Source: Rhynchobatus australiae (Eukaryota). Taken from it: 64,000 bases of DNA. Of this stretch, positions 55,081 through 64,000 are shown piece after piece (the stretch's first letter is position 1; each line of letters starts with the position of its first letter). A model generated the notes under the pieces. It was not told the DNA's origin. It saw only the letters and a program-made list of their open reading frames with translations, and did not search any database. The stretch spans positions 69,337,758 through 69,401,757 of the forward strand of contig JAUZTB010000127.1 in assembly GCA_034780895.1 (NCBI GenBank), read 5' to 3'. The position numbers and the translations under genes were made by a program.

Positions 55081-56364
55081 TGCATATACCAGGGCCCAAT
55101 ACTTGTTTTAGGCAGGATCTGAGAAAACATAAAAAAAAGTTAAGCCCCTTATTGAACTAAGAGCCCTTCAAGCATTCTCAGAGTATGTGATGTTTACTTC
55201 TAATACTGACTCCCATTGTAACCATCAAAAGAGCAAACATATGAGTAATTTCTATTTTACAAACTTCCGATCTTTTGGGAAATTTGCATGGCAATTTAAC
55301 AAAATGTTTTGGTTTTATAAATCCCTCCTGTTTTTTCTCAGGTATCATTAGGGGAAAAATGCAGTTAATTAGCACTCAAAATGTGGTTAATGACCATTCA
55401 ACAGCACTTAATGACTGTTCGACACCATGTGGTTTTACAAATAAATACAGAAACATGTACAATTCTCTGCCCAGCAATCTTCAAAATTCAATGCAAGTTA
55501 GAGCGCACCATGTACAACTTAAGCTTTTTGATCTTAGTTATAATTCAAGTAAATAATACAGTACACAGTGCTGCAGTTTTGATTGCATAGTTTTTCTTCC
55601 CTCATTTGTTACTTGAGTACCATGCTACATAGGTCAACACCCATGCCCACCCGACTCTGCCCCATCAAGGCCTTCGGCATTAGTGAAGTACAATAAACAA
55701 ATGTGCTTTTTATTAGTGCTTGTCATTCTTGGACTGTGTTAAAGAAATGGAGTCAAGGGTGGGGAATGAGAAATCATGAATCATTCAGATGTTAAAAACT
55801 ATTTTTCACAAAAAATACAGCAAAGTGATATTTATAAATGTAAAATGATTAATATATAATCTGCTGCAGACACTGTTGTGTTTTTCAATTCGACTTACTA
55901 ACTTGCTGAAATAGTCAGAAGCCTTGTTTTGAACTCAGGCTGTAATGCTCACTTAAACCATGAAAAGCGGTCTGTAAATTGGCTGCGTTTCTCATCTTTG
56001 AAAACAGAATTTCCATCTGTTTGATACTGCATCATACAATCCAATTTCATTGTAGGCCAAGATATATTTTCATTTTTAATAAACATTGGCTAAGTTTTTA
56101 TTTTTCTGTTTAATCTTATGAGGTAGACTATTATTAAAGTTCAATTAATATTCATCAGCAAACAGACATTTGGAATGTTACCATTTGTTATTCCAACCCC
56201 TATCTCAATCTATATTTATAATCTTTGCAAAGTCCTAGAATCATGTAAAGCTCTGGAGAAAGCCTGTTATTCTTTCATGTCTGTGTTGGCTTTTTGCAAC
56301 AGCTGTCATATTACTACAATTCAAATAACCATTCCCAAATCTCATTTATCTCATATTTCTTTTC

Positions 56365-56700
56365 AACATAGGAAGATGCCATTTTTCTCATTGAATCCAT
56401 ACTGGCTCTCAGAGCAATCTAATCAATCTCCTGCCCCCACTTATTTCTCTCATTCTCTCTCATATCCTTTTAAATCCTGATTCTTCTGCCACCCACCTAT
56501 GGTACGGGTAATTTAAAGTAACCAAGTAATCTACCAATTGCCATGTTTTTGGGATATGGGAGGAAACTGGAGCACCCATAGGAAGCCCACATGGTCACAG
56601 GGAGAATGTATAAACTTCACAGAGACAGCACTGAAGGTCAGGATTGAACCTGTGTTGCTGGAGCTGAGAAACAGCAACATAACTGCTCTGCTGCTGTGTT
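56365..56700 (-). mobile_element. V-SINE-like element
   Basis: gggaggaaactggagcaccc...ggtcacagggagaatgtataaact...caggattgaacctg...ctggagctgagaaacagc. Confidence 0.85.
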
Positions 56701-57145
56701 AACTCTTTCAAAAAGCTCCAAGTTTTTCCGATTCCCTCTAGAAAATACCTGTGGAATCTGATTTCAGCATTCTTTCTGGACTGAAGTAAAAATAAATATT
56801 TCAGCAGTTCACTGCTTCATTTTCCTAATTATCTATAATGTCCAGTTGCTGGCACTCTAGCAATTCTGTTGAAAAAGCATTTCAATTAATGGCAACAATT
56901 GACCCAGTCATCTAAGTACCCAATGCCAGAACTTGGCTACATTATTTAGGCTGATACTGCAATGCAGTAATTTGAAGTCCTGCATTATTGAATTGACCAT
57001 CATTCAGCAACAGGATACTTAATCAAGGTCCTATCTACTTATTTCAGTAAGAGATGAAATGGGAGGGTTAAAATTCTGCAAGAAAGGATGAGATTAAATA
57101 GACCAAATAGCCTGGTCATTCATAGTGAAGCTCCATATACTGTAC

Positions 57146-57805
57146 CTTAAGCTTGTCATATCTATCACTCAGTGAGGAAACCTGATGCTCCCGGTGACGT
57201 CCTACAAGTTTGCATAAGGCACAGATCAGCTGATCATCCGTGACACAGTACATATTCACCTTTTCATCTTCATGCTCCAGACACATTAGGCCACGCAGGT
57301 GGGAGTCCGGGGTTGGCTCAATCAGCCGGTGGCCAGTAAATGGTTTTTTGTTAGGATGGGTGGCCCTGAGGCACCGGTCACAGTAGGAGACCTCACAGGT
57401 CACGCAGGTCTTGACTGCATCCCGTGGTGGCTCTTGCTCACAGAACTGGCACTGGACCCTCTCTGAGGACATGGTGATGGGATCCCTGTAGGGTCGTTCA
57501 CGGCGGCATTCACTGGGGGAATTGGGTCCACTCAGTGAAGCTTTCTGAAAGCGATCAATAATGTTCTGCAGAGTTATATTCCTCTTCAACCCCTCCAAGC
57601 CACGGTGGTTCAGAGATATAACATACCGGCAAGTTGGACACTGGAAGGCAGCAATTGATTTGATCGTCTCGTTGGAGGTACAGTGAGAGACGAGGATTCG
57701 ATGGGCGCAGTTGAAACACAAACTATGGGCACACGGCAAAAGCAGAGGGTCTTCAAATAACTCCAGACAAATTGGGCAGGTTAATTCAGATTCAAGTGTT
57801 TCCAT
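57146..57805 (-). CDS. MID2: MID2 (TRIM1, midline-2 E3 ubiquitin ligase) first coding exon: RING finger, B-box1, B-box2 (220 codons)
   Basis: Translates [33 protein letters not shown]...[15 protein letters not shown]...SGPNSPSE...[38 protein letters not shown]...[13 protein letters not shown]...[12 protein letters not shown] at 57805-57803; 660 nt; phase-0 donor AAG|gtacag at 57146/57145. [22 protein letters not shown] and CDRCLRATH are MID2-type rather than MID1-type. Confidence 0.93.
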
Positions 57806-57861
57806 CTTCAGGCAAAGCAATCTTGCATTATCAGTGTTACCCAGGGAAGCTGGTCAGCTAC
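57806..57861 (-). other. MID2: 56-nt 5' leader portion of the MID2 ATG-containing exon
   Basis: Polypyrimidine tract and acceptor tctaactctctctcacag|GTAGCTGACC at 57862/57861 on the minus strand. The leader ends GCTTTGCCTGAAG directly before the ATG. Confidence 0.8.
57808..57828 (-). promoter_or_regulatory. Upstream ORF (MQDCFA*) in the MID2 leader
   Basis: ATG CAA GAT TGC TTT GCC TGA, ending 2 nt before the main ATG; out of frame with the CDS. Confidence 0.6.
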
Positions 57862-58004
57862 CTGTGAGAGAGAGTTAGAAAACAATGTAAGCTGATTGTA
57901 TACTCTTTAAAGCATTCCAGAAATGTTTTCCTTGAATCCAACCATGATATTAAATAAAGAGAAAGATTAGTGTTACACAGAAAATAAATGCAATCTTAAT
58001 TCCA

Positions 58005-58420
58005 TGGAATCTTAAATTTACAGCGCAGGAGACCATTTGGCCACCGTCTCCATGCTGCCTTCAAGTGAGTGTAGTCCTACTTTGATTTCTTGGTCCTGGC
58101 TAGGTAAGTTTTATGTGTTTTATATAGTTCTAATGTGATCTCCCTGCTCTTTCTTTATTGACCATGTCTCAGTGTAGATGCATTCCAAATGATTTTTTAA
58201 TCACCTTTCATTCATGTTCTACCATCTCAGGGGATCTGGGGACTCAGTCCAAGACTCTGTATAACTCTACACCTCTCCGTATCTTGCCATTTATCATGCA
58301 TTCTCTTGCTTTGTTTGTCATCCCCAAATGCATTTCTTTGTACTACTCTGCAATACATTTCATTTGCTACTTTTTTACCAACCAACCAGTCTGGTAATAC
58401 CTTACTGCAGCCTTCAACTT
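58005..58420 (-). mobile_element. Decayed CR1 fragment
   Basis: gtcatccccaaatgcatttctttgtactactctgcaatacatttcatttgctac, a typical minus-strand CR1 RT segment. Confidence 0.6.
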
Positions 58421-58459
58421 TCTTCCTCACTAATGGGTTTGGAACCACATGCAATATAG

Positions 58460-58545
58460 TTCTTAATCTTAATTTATTATTAATTAATAATAAATTATTA
58501 ATAATAAAAACAATATTATAATAATAAAATTAATACTGTTAATTG
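58460..58545. repeat. AT-rich (AAT)n-like low-complexity tract
   Basis: ttattattaattaataataaattattaataataaaaacaatattataataataaaattaat. Confidence 0.8.
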
Positions 58546-59399
58546 TAGCCCACATGCTTAAGTTTACATCATTAATACATGGGACAAAAGACGAGGAACT
58601 TAATAACTCTTCAAAACCCTGCTGTATATTGCCTTGTGGTCACTATATGATGAATATCCCTTAACAATATTGCTTTGATTGTCCTTGTTTGTGCCACTCT
58701 AAGTGCTGCTCACCATCGATGTTAGGCTGACTGGCCTGAAGTTATTCTACCTATCAGATTCTTGCTGAAAAATGTAAGTGTACAAATGATTTGAAAAGGA
58801 CATCAGGTTGGCTTATAATATTTTCCCTGGTCTCCTACCAAATGTTTTGTCTGTTTTCAGAGGGAATGGCAACTTGTCCAGCATCCACTGCAGAAGGATT
58901 CACCATTTTTAAAAGTGGTGACAAAATGTGTATATTAAATCTTGTTCTGTTTTTGTGGAATAAGGCAACTTATTGTTATAAAAATTGTAAAGTGTATCTG
59001 GTGAGAAACAGATTTGAATTTATATCACAATTTTTACTTTCCCACCGAAAGCATTTTCCAGGCAATGAAGAGTAGTCATTCTAGTAGGAGACTTAGTTGC
59101 CAGATTGAACAGTCTGTTTTTTGCAATGTTGAATGAGTGTGGGATGAGGTTCTGTGTTCAAAGACTTAATTCCACAGTGAAAGATACAGACATGTAGGAA
59201 TCACTTAAACATATTAAGGCAGTTCAGCTAAGAGTTTCCAAATAGACTAGAAGTACAGAAAATTCTTCTCAGGAGCAAATATTGACTTTTCAAATAAACA
59301 CAAAATTTCCAAAAAGACACCATTATGAAGAGCTTTAAAAATCTTTTATATCATTCTACCTTGCTCCTGTCCATTCTTTCTCAAATAGTTCTGTGCTTG

Positions 59400-59860
59400 C
59401 AACACTAATTATAGTGTGACATGTTCAAATACTTAAGTTTTTTCGAGGACCATCTCTGAACATTTGTACAGCAACCCATCTATCTCAATTAGAATATTTA
59501 GTGATCTGCAGTGCTGTAAAATCTACATCGTAATAAGATGAGAAATGGCTGAGGGAACAACTCTCAGACTCTACCCTGTCAAGTCCTCTCAATATCTTGC
59601 ATATCTCAATGAGATCACTTTCATTCCTCTAAACTGCTGTGAATGAAAGGCAAAACCCTCATCCCAGGGATCAACCCAGTGAATCTATGCCACACTGTCT
59701 CTAAGATTGCTCCTCAAGTTTAAAGACTCAATCTGCACACAGTACTCCAGGTGTGATATAACCAAAGCCTTCAAATTCAGCAAGACTAACTTGTGTTTTT
59801 ACTTTAACAGGTTTGCAACAAAAGTACACCATTTGCCTTAATTGTTTACTGTGCCTGTAT
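59400..59860 (-). mobile_element. Decayed CR1 3' fragment
   Basis: ctaccctgtcaagtcctctc...aatgagatcac...ctgcacacagtactccaggtgtg. Confidence 0.7.
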
Positions 59861-60189
59861 GTTTATTTTCCACACCCTCTCTATACATCATATTTTGTCG
59901 CTTGCTCACTCACTGTTTATTTTGTGCTATTCTTCCCCCAAAGTGAACAAGCTCATATTTCTCCACATTATTTTCCATCTGTACTTTCTTACTCACTCTT
60001 TAAGCATTTGCAAACCACATGAATACTTCTCAATGCTCACTTTCCCAACTAGCTTTGAAACAACGGAAACAAAGTTGGATAGTCTACCTTTTCAACTAAG
60101 TTATTAATATAAATTGTGTAGACCTGACTTGCTTTGTAAATGACAGCCCCACGTTTACTGGACTTGTCTGATGCCAAATTGTTATTACG

Positions 60190-60440
60190 TCTTCCTTCTT
60201 ATGAAATCCCTTGGGATCAAGGATGAATTGCTTCCACCCTGTTTTTGTGGGTTCTGAGGTGGCCAATGTGGGAACCTCAGACTTTTCCGTGGATAGGGCG
60301 GGAGGTGCCTGATTGAGTGGGTGGATGAATAGTTTGTGAGGCAGAGCATTCCTTACACTGCTTACACAGGGTTTCTGTGTGCATCTGATATACAGATTTA
60401 AGGTTAGCAATACTGTCTCAAATACTCCTTTTCCACTTTG
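60190..60440 (-). mobile_element. RTE LINE 3' end
   Basis: tcccttgggatcaaggatgaattgcttccac...gggttctgaggtggccaatgtgggaac. Confidence 0.7.
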
Positions 60441-60584
60441 AATGTTCATAAGTCTGAGACAAATCATTATATTCCAATATTGAATAGCACAGGCTACCAG
60501 GTCAAATTGAAGCATTAAGTTAAAATTGTAAACCTGCTTATGATTGCAAAAGCACATAACTTATTTATTCAACGAACAACATGA

Positions 60585-60715
60585 ACAGGAACCATTCTGA
60601 AGAGAGGTAATTCATCTGAAATACTTTGTTTTTCTCTCCATAGATGATGCCCAACCCAAATATTTCCAGCTCTTCTTGTTCTCATTTCAAACATGCAGCA
60701 GTTGTTTTGCTTTTC
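60585..60715 (+). mobile_element. Penelope-like terminal repeat remnant
   Basis: ttctgaagagagg...ctgaaa...ttctctccatagatgatgcc...tatttccagc. Confidence 0.55.
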
Positions 60716-63374
60716 CAGTGTCAGAGTTATGTGTTTCAATGGGGATGTTGACAGATGCTCAAAGGCCATTCAATGTGCCTTTGGGTTACAAACTGGAAAC
60801 TGCTGAAGCACTCTTCAGCAATCACTACTACAACAACTTCTGAACTAATGAGAGGTCAGGGCAGAAACAGGCGTGGTCTGGTTCTCATGCTTCCTTGGTA
60901 AAATAACCTGTCAGCACTCAGTGCCAGGCATGAATAATAGCCACTTGAGAAAAGAACAAAGACAATCAGTGCTGTAGAACAGTATCCCAGCAAGGAGGAA
61001 GTGCCTTTTGAAGAGAGGTACAATTTAAATGTACAAAATTAAAGGACAACACCACCAACTTATTCAATTTAAATGAGCGGGGATAGAGTGTCCATGTTGA
61101 CACATTTTCATTAATTCCATTCATCCTTCAAGAATTCCATAATAAAAATACAAAATGCACTAGAAAGACAAACGGAATTAGCAATGGGGGAGCATTTACA
61201 GAAAACCAAATGAGCAGCAACAAAGATATCACAGGAAAAGACAAAATAGCCAGAAAAAGGTTTGTTGCATCTTAATAGATCATATTTTAATGAGACACAA
61301 ATCAACATCTTCATCAAGAATGAACTTCCAAATAAATTGATTCACATGTCCAATGTGAGCACAAGTAAATAATTCAAGATTATAGTTAGCGTATGTTGAA
61401 AGACATGTAAAGGTAGTTTCAAATTTAGCAGGTTGATGGTTATCTTTTGTGTTTGAATGCCTCTGGCCATGGGTCAGAATTATAGGTCTGAAACCAAGGA
61501 CATTTCTTGGTAATGAAAAATATAATGGCAACCAGATGGTTTAGTGAATAAGGAACACCCTTCTTTCATCTTCAAAGCTTTGATCCAGTCCAGGAGCTAA
61601 GCCTTGAAAGGCCACTTTGCTGACAGCTGCACAAGTCACATGTGAAGTGCATTTGATCCATTATTAAGGCTGGTCCCATTATACAGCAGCCTATAATTCA
61701 ACACCATTTCCATTGAATTGCCAATTTTATCATCCAAGTCTTGAGAAACACTGATATAGCAAATATTATTGTGGCATTGTGCAAAGTACCATTCTGACAC
61801 TGGGATTAAGGCATGTTTCAGTCTGATGCAGGTGCATCTGACTTGCAAAACAATAGTGCTTGTAGGATAATACTCTGCAACTAAGCCACACCATAGTGTC
61901 ATGGGAATGCTATAAGATAAAATGTGAGGGAGCATCACTGTGCATTCAATCAAAGCTACGCCAGATATAGGAGTGCTCAAAAAAATGGGTCTATGAATCT
62001 GTCGAGTTACAATGATGATAGACTCAGAGACTCTAATATCAAAAAGCTAAAGCCAATAACTCTCCCACACATTTCAATGCTTTAAGCTAGTGAACAGCAC
62101 AACACTGACCAAAACCACACAAAAATGGGAGAATTGGTGCGCTTACAGACTCACTGCACTTAGCTACTTACTTTAAAGAGTGCAGTTTACAGGGAAATCT
62201 CATATCCCCTGCACTTCACTAATGTAAAACTGCCTTAAATTCCTTCTGGTTGCAAGTCAGTCCATACTATGAGATAATCTTCTGTATTCTTTGGAGAAAT
62301 AGTTTATGAAAGAAAAAAATGCTCTCTAAATTCAAGATTATGCATCTCATATATTGGGAACATTCCTGTGAGGTTTTATACATCAAATTTTACTTAGCCT
62401 CAAAACAGATTTGAAGATTGATCAAAATTAAAACAGAAAAGTTTCCAGCAGTCAACCATGAGGATGATGACTTTATCTCTCCTCTTGGGTATGACACATG
62501 TAGTTGAAGCTTAGTTAGCTCATGTGTGAAATGCTCCTCAGTGCCAACTAGTTTTCATCAGCAATCAGACCTGACCTCAAATGGGATCGGAAATTAGCTC
62601 ACGCCTATGCACACAGATGCCTGCCGTTTTGCAGAGAGAGGTGAAAGCAGCATTTATTCCATGACAGTGACTTAAGAACCAAAGCTCAGGAAGAAGTGAA
62701 ACCTATATTACTCTGTTTAAGAATAAATTGGAAGTACTGGTATTGGTTTATTATTGTCACTCATGCCAATTAAGAGGGTAACAATGGCTTGATCAGTTCA
62801 GTCCCCATTCTTTCAACTTTATGCATCAGAATCAAATCTAGATGAGACTGATGTAAAATAATTTCCTTTTACTCCATGTGGTGAGGTGAATTTGAGCAGA
62901 CTTTAGCAATATTTCTAGAATATAAGCAATCGCAACCTTATTAATTGATATGAAAACAGAAAATACTGGAAAAACTCAACAGGTTACACAGCATCTATGG
63001 AAAGAAAAGCAGTTAAGATTCAGATCTGAGATCCATCATCATTATTTATTGATAGTTCTGCTCATTTAGGTTCTAAGGAATATTATGGGGAATGGAATAC
63101 ACTGGAGTCAGGGTACATTGATGGTCCCATTCCTTCACCAAGGTTAAAACTAAACTGGGAGCATTTACTGGATGTGGTATGGAAGAAGCTTTACTTCACA
63201 ATAACTATATTTAACCTAGAAACCAGTTAATAGTAACAATGAGTGGTAAAATGGTAACTAATATCATTCCCCAGCTTGGAGGTCTCTCCTCTTAAAATCA
63301 TATTTCTTTTCAAGGCCACATTTTGTATGGCCTTAGATTGCATCAGACTGCTGACACACTCACTACTTTAAACA

Positions 63375-63660
63375 GTGTGGAATCCACAAACCCATTTCCA
63401 GGTTATCAGGAAAGCAACTAACAATGAAATAGGGAACTCAGGAGAAACACCTTTACTCCAATTGGTAAGAATGCAGAACTCTTCCCTGGGGAGTGCTTTG
63501 GGTGAACAGTGTAGGTGCATTGAAGGGGAGGCTAGTTAAGCATTGTGGGGAGAAAGGAATGGAGAATTATGTGAATAGAGATGTGAGGATCCTTGAGTGA
63601 TGCATTCATGTCTGCTTGGGCTGGTTCCATCAAATGAACTGTATGTGCTAGGCAGTGCTT
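63375..63660 (+). mobile_element. Decayed CR1 3' tail
   Basis: caggagaaacacctttactc...gtaagaatgcagaactc...gtgcattgaagggg. Confidence 0.55.
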
Positions 63661-64000
63661 GTCTGAGTTCTGGCCCTCAATTTGGCTCCTTTAATGCCTT
63701 GTTGTCCAGCACGTGGATTCCATGCTGGACTGATTGTATAATGACACACACCTGAGCCCCATCAGGGGCCTAGCATAAGTACCNNNNNNNNNNNNNNNNN
63801 NNNNNNNNNNNNNNNNNNNNNNNNNNNNNNNNNNNNNNNNNNNNNNNNNNNNNNNNNNNNNNNNNNNNNNNNNNNNNNNNNNNGGGATTCCTCTTCTGAT
63901 CTCTGAGGCAGGATTCCTTCCAGTTGCTGCCTGTGTTTGTCCTGAGGAAGTATCCTGACTTCAGTCTTGTATCTGTGTGCTGCATTTGGGTTCTCTGTGA

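Larger units (their letters stand above)
7520..57145 (-). other. MID2: MID2 intron (49,626 bp including gaps) between the RING/B-box exon and the first coiled-coil exon
   Basis: GT..AG boundaries at 57145 and 7520; joins KLK|QAL in frame. Confidence 0.88.

Noticed and set aside
57806-57820. ORF-track start 'MLCLK' extending the MID2 N-terminus
   Set aside because: It is a TTG start from the ORF caller; the conserved ATG is at 57805.
57862-64000. Search for the upstream non-coding exon or promoter of MID2
   Set aside because: No CpG island or convincing exon was identifiable by eye; it probably lies beyond the window.

Overview
AT-rich vertebrate genomic DNA from a draft assembly with many N gaps. 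The repeat content (CR1/L2 LINEs, V-SINE/HE1-like and Deu-domain SINEs, Penelope remnants) suggests a cartilaginous fish, probably a ray or shark; this is an inference. The window lies inside one minus-strand gene, the TRIM E3 ligase MID2 (TRIM1, paralogue of MID1/TRIM18). Three coding exons are resolved with canonical splice sites: 57146-57805 (RING + B-box1 + B-box2; the exon starts at 57861), 7424-7519 and 1265-1372 (coiled-coil). The introns between them are about 49.6 kb and 6.05 kb. Later exons were not found in 1-1264 and the upstream 5' exon(s) were not identified. Most of the rest is intron filled with decayed retroelements. I found no clearly novel multi-gene system. The best second-look items are a 6-codon uORF plus an in-frame stop in the 56-nt leader before the MID2 ATG, degenerate hammerhead-ribozyme cores in Penelope-derived repeats, a small duplication-plus-palindrome junction, and a few candidate conserved enhancers. 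Repeat boundaries are approximate and family calls come from recalled consensus motifs, not database searches.
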